From assembly GCA_013239625.1 (NCBI GenBank), contig MU053561.1:3550283-3614282 (forward strand): 64,000 bases of DNA. The letters run 5' to 3'. The notes under the pieces are model-generated. The model was not told the origin of the DNA. It made no database searches and worked only from the letters and a program-made list of their open reading frames with translations. The position numbers and the translations under genes were made by a program. Every line of letters begins with the position of its first letter. The first letter of the stretch is position 1. Origin of the DNA: Lama guanicoe. Its lineage: Eukaryota. Below, in pieces: positions 25,015 to 36,619 of this stretch.

Positions 25015-25442
25015 CAGACTGTTTCCTGTAGCAACAGTAACAAACTACCACCAACTTGGTGGCTTAAACAATAGAGATTTGTTCTCTCACAGTTCTGGGG
25101 GCCGGAAGTTTGAGGTCAAGGTGTCAGCAGGCCACACTCCTTCCGGAGTCTCTAGGGGAGAGCCCAGGCCTTCCTTCTCAGCTTCTGGGTGCTGTCAGCA
25201 TTCCTCCGCTGGCTCGTGGCTTTCTCTCTCCCTGCCTGACCTTTTCATCTCATTCTCTGTGTCTGTCTCTCAAAGCTTCCTCTGCCCTGCTCTTATAAGG
25301 ATGCTAGTGATTGCATTTAAGGCCTATCAGGATAAGCCCTTTAACTTAATCAAAATACTTAATCACATCTTTTGCCATTTAAAATAACATTCACAGATTC
25401 CAGAGATGGGACGTGGGTATCCCTTGGGTCAGCCAATCACAG
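25015..25442. mobile_element. MaLR LTR (MLT1B/C/D-like)
   Basis: 'gtaacaaactaccaccaacttggtggcttaaacaatagagatttgttctctcacagttctgggggccggaag...aacttaatcacatct...ataacattcacagattccag'. Confidence 0.85.
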
Positions 25443-27764
25443 ACTCCAAAGCCATCAAAGACCCAGTGGGCTGAGGTCCCCATCACCGATCACGCAGAAG
25501 GAATCCTTGAGCTGGGGCAGCTGCCTGTGAGATGCAAGCTGCTCCTTGGCCAGCCTCCACTTACTTGAATTTCCAGGGGTCTGAAATTCACAAACTCCTT
25601 CACATTCAAACATGAAACATCCCAGAGAGGAAAAAACAAAAAAACAAAACAAAACAAAACCCCAAGATATCTAGGAAGACTATGGAGGCATGGTTAGCCA
25701 CAATCACCTTAATAGAGATCAGTTCATCAGATTAACCCTCCTCACTCACAGCCCTGCAGAAATGAGACACAAACCAGGTCACGTCTGACAGCTAAGATGA
25801 GATTATTCACACTTTCTTCAGGTACTACACTACATTGACATGAACAATGGCTTTGAAATGCCCCTTGATTCTTTTTTTTTTTTTTTGAGGCATAATCTGC
25901 TGGATACCAGAACATCTGTATAAGAAGAAATGCAGTATTTAATTCATTATGTGTAAGATTTATCTACATAATGACTTTTACATGCTTGGTTATTTACAGA
26001 AGTTAGCTATCTGGCCATCTCCTTGTAGGTTTAAATTATTTGACATATTTGTGTTTTTGACTCATTTGTTTGTTGTTCCCATGTCCCCATGCTGGGAACT
26101 CTCCACAATATTGTTTTTCCTCCTGGAAAAGACCTTTCCTGTAACCTTTTAAAAAATGCTTATTTTTCAAAGAATTTTATGTCAACATTAAAGAACATTT
26201 TTGATAAGATAAAAAAAAACCCACTCATAATTGCACCAACCTAGCAAACAAGAGTTTTCACGAGAGAGGAGGGCAGGCTAACCTTACTGACCATCACTGT
26301 ACTGCTCCAGTGAGCACTTGAGACTGGATGCAAAAGAGAAATAGGAAAATACTTGCTTCTTAGTTGCAAGACATAGATCTTTTAAGACTTGATTAAAGCA
26401 CGTAGGCACCCTGGCAACAGTCTTAGGAGAAAATAGGTCCCCATCATGCCCTGGAACCAGAAAATGCTAACAGATTGAATAAAAGAAGTGGACAATAGCC
26501 TGGTAAATGCCAGGTGCTACACATTTTCAGTGGGATTCGTTGGAGGGTCAGTGATTCAATCTGGTCATAAGAAATCCAACTGAGTCTTTGTGGAGGTTTT
26601 GATTCTCCAGGGCTCAGTGCTCTGTTGGGGGCTCACCAACATTCAAGATGCCTCTTTCACTCTCCATTGAGCCTGAGGGATGCCCTCTTACCTTCAGAAT
26701 TACCAGGAAATACTTAAGAAACTGTCTTCTTTTTATCAGAGGGAAAATACTAACATGTGGAATAGAGCTTAAATCCAAATGATTGTCATGAGAATGTGGA
26801 TAAAGATAATTACGAGTTAACCACAGGGGGAAATCATCAGGTTGGGGAAGTTGGCTTTGCCGACTCTGTTATTTCACCCTTTCTGTCCCCTGAAATGTAG
26901 CCCCCAACCGCTCATGTGCTGCGCTCAGGGCACACCTGCTGTCCCAGGGAAGAGCAGACCGAAGGCCCGTCATCAACCTAGGTTGTGAAGGTCTCAATGC
27001 GAACCTCCTCCTGGGACCCTCTGGGGAGCCTGGAGGGGGACCCAGGGGGTGACTCTCCTCTGGAGGCACTGGGTCCTGTGGCAGAGGAACGAAGTGGTTT
27101 TCTAAGATGGGGTTTGGGGAGGAGAGGGGTGGCGGCTTTCTTAGAACACCTCAAGCCTCAAATCACATCGAAGCGGTGGCTTCTTTCTTTGCTGAAAAGC
27201 TGGGTCTTCTCGTTGGAATCTGTCCACATGTGCGTGTGTGTACATGCCTGCGAAAAAGGGAGGCTGAAAAGCAGGTTACTTTCCAAGTAAGACCACAAAT
27301 AATTGTGCTTTAGGAAATCACTGTCCAGTGAGTCTGGCAGTGAATACAATTAAAAGATGTTTCTTTTCATTTGTCTGTTTTTGCTTCATGCAGCTGAATA
27401 AGACAGCAGAGTGTTTCACGGGAAGTGGCCTGGACCGGGGGGAGCAGGAATTTAGCTGTGGGTCAAACGGGAAGCCTCCCGGTCACCTCTGACAAGGCTA
27501 TGAGCCCCTCTCCACTCGGCTGTCCTCATCTGTAAAATGGGTGCTGTTGTGTACTAGCTAAAAGGTCTGGAAATCTGATTTAACTGGTTTATAAATGTGG
27601 CTGCTCTTAACACCGGAGTCTGCTTTATAACTCCACAAAGCAGAAGGAACTTGGATTCCAGTACCAAATATCATTTGAGCACCAAGTTCATGTTATGCTC
27701 AATGGTGACTAACACCCAACAATTAACACACAGGAGGTTTGGCTTATGTTTTCCTTCCATTTCT

Positions 27765-27897
27765 TTAAAAAAAGAATTTTTTTTTTCCTGCAGGGGAAGG
27801 TAATTAGGTTTATTTATTTAAAGTGGCAGTACTGGGGATTGAACCCAGGACCTCGCCCATGCTAAGCATGTACTCTACCACTGAGCTGTACCCTCCC
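27765..27897 (-). mobile_element. tRNA-derived SINE (Vic-1-like)
   Basis: Reverse strand gggagggtacagctcagtggtagag...ggttcaatccccagtac...aaacctaattacc. TSD tttccttcca(t/c)ttct at 27750-27764 and 27899-27913. Confidence 0.9.
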
Positions 27898-29249
27898 ATT
27901 TCCTTCCACTTCTGTTCTTGACCTGACAGTTTATTTTCTGAGGGTCAGAGACTCATCATTTGGAAGGAGTCTGGGAGGTTTGCTCAACCCACCCACCCAG
28001 GGCAGGGACATCCTGACACGGGCGCCTCTTGAACTCCTGCCATGTTCACTCTTTCCCCCTGTCATCTACTCCATTCTTAGAAAACCCTTACTTAGAAATA
28101 CTGCCCTTATAATTAAACAAATTCTGTTTCCCATTAAGTCTTCTAACATCTCTTACAAATAAGCTACTCATTTCTCTTTGATGTTGGAAACTTTTTACTA
28201 CCAAAATCTACAAAAAAAACCCCCACACAATTTCTCTGGTTTAAGAGCATCTCTAGCACAGCAAATGTTTACTATGCCCTAGATTAGTTGCCTCTGTGTC
28301 AGACAACCTGTATCTATTCACACATCTCTTGAGGTCGGAGAGCATCCTTCCTCATTGCTCACCCTCTCACAGGACACAGCATAATTCCTTTCATATGGCA
28401 GATGCTCAGTAAATGTTTCTTGAGTGTAGGAATAGCAGCCCTTTAGATACATGTAGCTGTTATCCCCGAGCCTCCTCAGGCTAAAAATTCTAGTTCTTGT
28501 AACTGCTCTGTGTATAGCAAACAGCTTTCTTTGAGCACCTGCCGCATGTCAGAGCTCTGCCTGCCCCGGCACTTTGGTCCACCAGACAGAGCCTGAGGAT
28601 TGGGTGGGCTAATTTATACAGTTCAGGACCACCTGGGCTCTCAGTTGCTTCACCACCTGGGGCCGCGAGTAAACTGGTGGAGACCCCAAATCCCATGCTT
28701 CCACGGGAACTTCAGTTAAGTCAGGGCTCTCTCATCCTTCATTGCATAAATTGAGTGTTTGAAACTAAATCCAGGGTTTCACGTTTATTTCCGTTAAAAT
28801 TCATTTTGTTATCATTTCAGGGCATGACCCTCCGAATGGTAAAGATCGTCCTGAATCATATTTCTATCACCTATCTCACTAGTTAGCAACCCCAGCTGTG
28901 TGTCATCAGAAAGCAGTTCAATAGGCACTATACATGTCCATGGAAGTTTTTCAACAAAAGTATTGAACAAGAGAGAGCCAAGTAATAGGCTGAACCAGAT
29001 GAAACTACCATTTTTAAAGGCCAAAATACTCAGATGTCGCCAACAGTTAATGGTGAAAACTGACATATTGTCCCAGGAACTTCTAAGCTGGCAGAGATGC
29101 TTCAATCAAGCTTTTCTTGCTGCAACTGATTAACTAAGTGTTATTCTGCTTCAGTGTAGTACAAGGTGGCTTGTGTTTCCTCATTTTATCCTGAAGAATA
29201 TATTGATACACATTATTAATAGCTTTGTAAAATCGTAATAAAGTAAAGA

Positions 29250-29470
29250 GAGCAGAGGCTCCAACGCCAGTCTGTATTGTTGAGCTCCAGTTCTGTCACA
29301 GATTAACTGTGTGACCTCGGCAAGTTAATTGACCCCTCTGTGCCCCTGTTTCTTCATCTAGAAAATGGGGATAGTGATAGTATTTGCATCATAGGACTGT
29401 TTGAGGCTTGAATGAGTGACATGCTTGGAGCCTGGTGCACGGTGGCTGCTCAGTAAATATGGATAATTAT
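29250..29470 (+). mobile_element. MIR SINE
   Basis: 'ctgtgtgacctcggcaagttaattgacccctctgtgcccctgtttcttcatctagaaaatggggatag'. Confidence 0.85.
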
Positions 29471-29638
29471 TAGTATAACACCTCTCCTTGGAAAATCACG
29501 CTGAGTCCAGAGATTTTTTACTCCTTTGTTCCCCCAATTCTTCTCAAATTGTCTGTTAAGGAAAGCAGCCTAGCATTTTGCCAGAGATCAGCATCAAGTC
29601 CACTGGGTGTTAGTTTCTAAAATACATTTCCCACTTCT

Positions 29639-29766
29639 GGGGGGAGGGTACAGCTCCGTGGTAGAGTGCATGCTGCACATGCAGGAGGTCCTGTGTTCAG
29701 TCCCCAGTGCCTTCATTAAAATAAATAAATAAAAACCTACTTACTGCCCCATGAAAAAAAAATGAA
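29639..29766 (+). mobile_element. tRNA-derived SINE (Vic-1-like)
   Basis: ggggagggtacagctccgtggtagagtgcatg...gttcagtccccagt. Perfect TSD taaaatacatttcccactt (29618-29636, 29767-29785). Confidence 0.9.
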
Positions 29767-30929
29767 TAAAATACATTTCCCACTTTTAAAAGTAAGCACA
29801 TCATTTGTCCTTCTTAAGTCCTTCAGCCCAGGTCCACACGCCCCATGTTTTATGTAAGGTTGGCCAGCCACATCTTTCATCATCCATCCAGCAGATTTGA
29901 GTCCATTTACGGGGAGCGAGGTGGGCTCTTACTGCTCATCCAACCTGTTAGTGCTCAAATCCTTCCCTAACCAATATCATGCTGGCCATTACCACTTGAA
30001 GATCATTTTCCTTGATAAAAAAGATTAAAGAAAAATATGAAATGAATTGTTCAGCCTTAACTGTGCTGCTCTTAACTCTAAAATTGAGCCATGGATATAT
30101 GCTTCCTTAGGTTTCTTCCACCGTCCATCCCTAAGATGCCTTTTCAATTGCCATTAGTGTGGTTCCCAATTCTCCTGTAATTCCATCCTTCAGTGTACAG
30201 ACACAGTGTGTCCATTTGTGTCATTCTTTGTGTTCATCCTGGGCTGGGTGTTCCTCATTCACCCTGTGTGGGTCTTTTAAAAACCTGAACCCATCAGGGA
30301 GCACCCTCTGTGGCCACTGACCTGTTTCCGTAGGTGCCATGCCTCCATCCTGTTCATGATAATTTGTGACCGAAGAGTTAAGAGCCTAAGCCACCTTCCT
30401 TTTTGAACTCAGACTCTGAGTCACAGCTATTCTTCCTTCAAACGTTTGGAATTCTGTTTTCTTAAAATCTAGACTATATGCCAGATCTAGGAGGGATATT
30501 TTCTTTCTGCACCATCAGGTGATGGTCCCTTGTGGATGAGGTGGCTGTCAACTCCACTTCCTTCCTTCCAGTTCTGCAGTTTGGGTCAGTAAAGAGCAGA
30601 AGTCACCATTTCCTTCATTGCATCCTCTACCTTCTGAGAGGTTGAATCATTAGCAAGGGAAATCAAGAATTTATTAGATGTTACAGGGTTTTTTTTTTTT
30701 AGAGGGAGAAGAGATTTTCATGAAGTGTTTGCAGTAAACCTTTCACTAGATGATAACACAGGTACTGGAAAGCCCTTAGAGCCTGGGTATAGAGCTCAGT
30801 GAATTTTCACAAGGTGAACACACACTCATAACCACCAAATCACAAAAAAAATCCATCTTTCCTTATCAATTAGTTTCAACGGAGTTAAAAATCTATGCTG
30901 GGAAGATGACAATTACCATAAATAATATT

Positions 30930-31150
30930 AATACTTGTTGAGAACTTGGACAATAAACACCTGGTACGCACTGCCTCTTTTAATCCTCGCAACAGCTCCA
31001 GGAGTGGGGCTAATTTTCCTCATTTTAAAGACAAGAAACTGAGGCTTATGGGAGTTAGGTTACTTGTCCACGATCACCAGCTAATAAGACACCGAGCTGG
31101 GTTTCAAACCCAGGTCTACCCATTTCTAGAGGTTGCACTCTTACCATTGC
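30930..31150 (-). mobile_element. MIR SINE
   Basis: 'cattttaaagacaagaaactgaggcttatgggagttaggttacttgtcc...gggtttcaaacccaggtct'. Confidence 0.85.
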
Positions 31151-31197
31151 AGTAGATACACAGGCCACAGCTGTCACCAGGCCAGCCAGGCTATGAC

Positions 31198-31436
31198 CAG
31201 AGTTTCTCAGCCTTAGGACTACTGACATATGGGGCTAGATAATTCTTTGTCACGGGGACTGTCCTGTGCGTTATAATATGTTTATCAGCATCCATGATCT
31301 CAACCCACAAGATACCAGAAGCACAACCCCTCCTCTCCCGCCCCTCCCACCCCTGCCATCGTGATAATCAAAAGTGTCTCCAGACATTGTCCACTGTTCC
31401 CTGGGGAGTAAACTTGCTCCCATTTGAGAGCCACTG
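31198..31436. mobile_element. MER20 (hAT-Charlie non-autonomous)
   Basis: cagagtttctcagcctt...ctagataattctttgtcacggggactgtcctgtgc...tgtctccagacattgtcc...ttgagagccactg follows the MER20 consensus end to end, with TIRs. Confidence 0.9.
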
Positions 31437-31844
31437 TTGTAGATGATCCCATACGTTCGTGCCTCTCTTCTCTGGCCTCATCCACAACACTCACAAATGG
31501 ATGTTAATACAAGTGTACACCGTCCTGGCAGGTGGCGCCATTCTACACTCCTGGGATCCATCCGTTTCTTTGGAACTACTGCCCATTAGTCACACGCCTC
31601 ACTGCTGGTTTGCACTGAACAAGCTGAATGAGAAGGTCTACTTCACTGTCACCCAAATATGTTCATTGCCATGCAGTCTTCTGAAGCTACCGCTCCTCCT
31701 GCCACAACTGTCACATCCCCTGTCTCTCTTCCCTTTCACCTTCTATAGAGAATCACTAGGCACTTCCTCCCACACACTCCCTCCCATTCGCTCCCTTTTT
31801 CTACCTTGAACCCATCATCCTCTACATATATAACTATCAGCCAG

Positions 31845-32180
31845 AGTCATGGAAGAAAAAGCTGGCATCCACGAATAAGGCGATGTGCAAAGCAGTGATT
31901 AAAGATACCATTTACAAAGAGCAGAGCATGATTTGTGGAGACTGGGACAAGATACTGCAGCATGCTGGGTGTGGGAACTATGTGGAAATATTACCCCTCC
32001 TAGGACTGAAGGGGGAGAAGGAGGTCTGGTTACCTGAACCCAGAGAGAGCTTCTATAAGGTGGATCTCATTGGTGCAAACCCAGCAAGTCAGCCTGCATG
32101 GTCAGATTCCCAGGCACAGAGCAGGGGGACAAGGACAGAGAGAGGAGCTGGAGGGGCCAGTATGAGGCACACAGGACGAC
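31845..32180. mobile_element. Degenerate ERVL-type LTR (LTR33/LTR16-like)
   Basis: 'atttacaaag...ttacccctcctaggactgaagggg...ggttacctgaacccagagagag' resembles old ERVL LTR consensus sequences (from memory). Confidence 0.45.
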
Positions 32181-33614
32181 ACCGTTATGGTTTTGTCAGA
32201 GCACATTTCCCTGCTCCCTTCCCTAAATTTCATCTTGAAGTCCTCTTTCTCAGATCATATTGCTTCCTGCCAAATGTGTTCATTCTGCTTTTGAGAGATG
32301 CCTTCTTCTTCTGGCCGGGAGCCTAGCATTCTAGTACCACAAGCCACGGTTTAGAGACCAAATCCCATTTTTGGAGACCATCTATATAGCCAGCTGTTCA
32401 TTTCCCCTCTCCTCCTGTCTCTTTCAAAATCACAAACCTCAACTGGAAGAAAAAAAGAGAAAACCTGATCTACCTTGGTGAGACGTGGGCAGGTTCCTCC
32501 ATCAGCTTCAGGAAGGAGTGACCATCTTCTTGTCCTTTCTTTGCCTGATGTTCAAATCAGGAAATCTCAGAACTTCAGATCTGGGTGTTCTCTTGGTTAG
32601 TTTTAAGGGCACACAATGCTGCTTTTCCCTGAGACCTCTGTTCGTCCTGAGTGGGCATGTTTCAGGGCTGGGGGACCGAGCTCCAAGGATGGAAGCTTCT
32701 GTTCTTTCTCTTTCTTCTGTGAGCTTTCCACTTGCTGGAATTCCCCTCTACCTTCTCCAGAAGACAGGGATTTCCCATTTTTAATACATTCTGTAGTATT
32801 TCTTCCACCCAGTCTAATGAGCCTTTGTCCGCTCTGCTAAGACTTTTCTGAAGGCCTTTTACATTCTCAAGGGAGACCAGAGGCAGTTACGGCGAGAGAG
32901 AGACACACACGCGCCAAATAAGCCGACTCTGAACTAGTTCCTTTGACGTTCCCACCACCTGAGGGTCCAGTTGAGAAACAACCTTCTGTAGTTCCTGCTG
33001 TCAATTTCTGCTCCTGTTTGCTTCCGAGGTCCTGGTCTCTCGGGGATTCTCGGTAAGCGTGCCATTGGGTTGACATGGCTGTTTTCCTCCTCTCCCTGGC
33101 TCCTGATGACCTGCAAGGTACTGGTAATCAGCAGTAAGCTGCACTAGCTCTGACTCAAGCCCAGCTCCTCTTGGTAAACACGGTGAGGCCGTGACGCATC
33201 CTCCGTCCAGGACACGGACCCAGCACTGAGCTATTTCACGCGTCTTCCTACCTCTCGCCATGCACGCACGTTTTGCTGCTGGGCTCCTCACTGTGGTTGT
33301 AGATTGTATTATGCCCATGCCAAGACATCCTTTCTCAGTCTGATAGTAAGGCTAACTAGTGGAGTTTAATTTTTAATTACGATAGCCTGGCACTTTGAAA
33401 CAGTGCTGACGATAATTAGACTTAAGAACAACCACATACACATACAAGCAATAACCTGGATAGAAAATGATTACAACTATCTTTAACATATGTGACATTT
33501 TTCATTTTTCAAAATGCTGTCAACATTTTTGAAATGTTCATAGCATTACTGTGACATAGGTAAGGCAGGTATTCGTTTTTATATTACAGAGGAGACAACC
33601 CAGGCAAAGACACC

Positions 33615-33703
33615 TGTGTTGTTGCAACTGGCAAAATTTCGTTCTTTTTTAATGACTGAGTAATATCCCACTGTGTGTGTGTATGTGTGTGTGTGTGTAC
33701 ATG

Positions 33704-33770
<67 letters not shown>

Positions 33771-33882
33771 TATATATATACATATAAAATCTCCTTTATC
33801 CAGTCATCTGTTGATGGACATTTAGGTTACTTCCATATCTTGGCTATTGTAAATAACGCTGCAATGAACCTAGGGGTGCATA
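33615..33882 (-). mobile_element. L1 3' fragment with (TG)n/(TA)n expansion
   Basis: 'atgactgagtaatatcccactgtg...ccagtcatctgttgatggacatttaggttacttccatatcttggctattgtaaat', with a long (TA)n at ~33705-33785. Confidence 0.85.
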
Positions 33883-34037
33883 GTCAAAAAATTTTTAAAC
33901 ACACTTCCCCACGTGTGTTTGTTGGTTTATTATAAATTGTATATAGTACTAATGTACTGATAGGGAACAGATGAATAGTAAATAAATCATATTTTAAAAT
34001 AATGTACATTTTGTTTATTAATGATAGAAAAGCCCTT

Positions 34038-34417
34038 TTTCAATTTTTATTGAAGTATAGCTTCTGTACAATATTATATAAGTTACAGGTATGCAATATG
34101 GTGATTCACAATTTGTAAAGGTTATACTCCATTTATAGTTATTATAAAGTATTGATTCTATTCCCCATGTTGTATAATATATATATATATCCTTGTAGTT
34201 TATTTTATACCTAGTGGTTTGTGCCCCCAAACTGGTAACAACTAGTTTGTTCTCTGTGAGTCTGCTTCTTTTTTGTTACATTCACTAGTTTGTCATATTT
34301 TTTTAGATTCCACGTAAGTGAAATCTATTATATGGTATTTGTCTGTCTCTGACTTATTTCACTTAGCTTAGTGCCCTCCAAGTCCATCCATGTTGCTGCA
34401 AATGGCAAAATTTCATT
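34038..34417 (-). mobile_element. L1 3' end with TSD
   Basis: Antisense L1 tail 'tttttattgaagtatagctt...'. TSD aaaagccctt at 34028-34037 and 34418-34427. Confidence 0.85.
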
Positions 34418-34464
34418 AAAAGCCCTTCTTTTTATTCTCCTACCAACCCTTTTATTTTTTCCTT

Positions 34465-35262
34465 CTTTTAAATTGAGGTAGACTTGATTTATATATTAAT
34501 TTTATGTGTGCAACATAGTGATTAAAAATTTTTATAGATTATATCCATCTAAAGTGCTTATGAAACATTGGCTCTGCTCTCTGTGCCGTACAATATATCC
34601 TTGTAGCTTATTTATTTTATACACAGTAGTTTGTACCTCTTAATCCCCTCCCCCATCTTGCCTTTCCCCCTTCCCTTTCCCCACTTGTAACTACTATTTT
34701 GTTCTCTATATCTGTGCATCTGTTTCTGTTTTGTTTTATTTTTCAGATTCTACACGTAAGTGATAACATACAGTATTTGTCTTTCTCTGACTATTTCACT
34801 AAGTGTAATACCTTTCAGGTCCATTCATGTTATTGCAAATGACAAAATTTTAATTGTTTTAATGGTTGAGTAGTATTCCACTGTGTGTATGTATGTATGT
34901 GTGTGTGTGTGTATATATATACATATATATATCTCACGTATTTTTTATCCATTCATCTGTTGATGGACACTTAGACTGCTTCCATATCTTGGCTATTGTA
35001 ACTGATGCTGCTATGAACGTTGGGCTGCATGTATCTTTTCGAATAAGTGTTTTCGTTTTTCTCAGATATATACCTAGGAGTGGGATTGCTGGATCATATG
35101 GTAGCTCTATTTTTAGTTTTTTGAGGAACCTCCATGCTGTTTTCCAGAGTGGCTGCACCAATTTGCATCCTCACCAATAGTGTGCAAGGGCTCCCTCTTC
35201 CCCACATCCTCGCCAATATTTGTTGTTTGTGGTCATTTTGCTGATGGCCATTCTGACAGGTC
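34465..35262 (-). mobile_element. L1 ORF2 C-terminus plus 3' UTR
   Basis: ORF 34934-35161(-) [31 protein letters not shown] is canonical L1 ORF2p. Confidence 0.92.
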
Positions 35263-36619
35263 TTTTTAATCCCACTAAAATTAATAAATGATTTTTGGAA
35301 AGAACAATGTTATTGAAGGTGCTTAGTTTTTTTTTTTTTTACAAAACGTGGCTTTACACATTGTGATTCAGCAATTCGAAGTGCCAGTTCCAAGCTAAGT
35401 CTATCCTGATTCTTGATTTTAAAAATGAAAGTAAAAAAAGATATCACATGGGCAGATCCAGATGGGAGAGGTGTATCATTGCCTGCACATACTAGTTTTC
35501 ATTGAAATTTGGCTGGTGAAATTCTGTCTGTCCCAGCTATAAACCACTTCTCCTTGCATGCTAATCAGAAAGCATTGAATTTTATTATATCCAACATCTG
35601 GATTTAAAACCCATGAAAACCCTTGTTTTGGAAAATTTTTAAGCAAAATTGTTTCTAAATTGTTTCCAAGTTATTTTAAAAGGTATAGATACAAGTTTTT
35701 TTTTAAATAGGTGGCACCATGTTTTTTTCTGGTGACAAAATACATTTTCATCCTTCAAAATGACCACTCAAAAGCACCAGTTTCTTTAAACATTGTTACC
35801 TTTTCACTGTTTGTTACTTTGAAGGAGCAGATTAAGTGTGTTTATTATTTTTTTTGAAAATATATGTTTGGATATAAACTTACTGTCATAAATTGTCATG
35901 GAAAAGTCAGAAAATTTGAAGCACTTCTCTTTTTGTACAAGAAAAATGTTAAACTCTAAGTTCACAACTCTTCAAAGTAATTTTTTCATGAGTTCACCAG
36001 CACATTTTTATGAGATATAATCTTCATGGTCATCCCTCATCTCATTAAAAACATACTGTAAAGGTTCTTCAATGTCTTAATGTTCTTGCTTTAATGAAAC
36101 TAATCACATCAATGGTGTCTTACAGCACTTGGAATACAATTTCAATTCACTGAGAGCAAACAAACAAGAGAGCCCCCTCCACAGCCGGCCCCTCCCTGCA
36201 CAGAGTATACATGTGGCTTGTGGCCACCAGATACCAATATAGTGAGGCCATCACTGTCAGTCTGTGTATTAAATAACAGTAACATTTATTCCACTTTACC
36301 TAAAGCCTAAATGGATGGTTCCAATATTTTATTCCCGTACCCCAAAGGATTATCTTGCATTTCCCCTGGGGTACATACACTCCTCTTTAGGGACAACTGA
36401 CTTAAAGGATACATTCCAATTCATCTTTTCTTCCTTTTAGTGCTGTATCCCCCATAATGTAGCATCACTTCCCCATAGTGGTGCTTTCCCATCACTATGT
36501 TTGAACTACACACAGCTGGCCATTCCCTAATATCTTCCATGCAATGCCTTTCCTCTGTGGACCTTACAAATCTACCCAGAAAAGTATGAAACGGAACACC
36601 ATTTTATTTTCCAAAATTG

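Larger units (their letters stand above)
28420..30800 (-). mobile_element. Long L3/CR1 fossil (endonuclease to RT), interrupted by a MIR and a SINE
   Basis: Minus-strand peptides LLGSLLFNTFVEKL...LSDDTQLG...IQDDL (ORF 28812-29105), NKMNFNGNK (~28790), LDFKKTEF (~30460) and LANDSTSQKVEDA (~30630) match CR1 ORF2 landmarks in the correct order. Confidence 0.75.
33883..36399 (-). mobile_element. Charlie4-like hAT DNA transposon, split by two L1s
   Basis: The right end 'ggattatcttgcatttcccctggggtacatacactcctctttagggacaactg' is the reverse complement of the Charlie4-type 5' terminus. The left part 'aaaaaatttttaaacacacttcccc...gtactaatgtact' matches its 3' subterminal region. Confidence 0.7.

Noticed and set aside
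31883..32326. 147-aa ATG ORF
   Set aside because: Overlaps a probable old LTR and has no protein-family resemblance.
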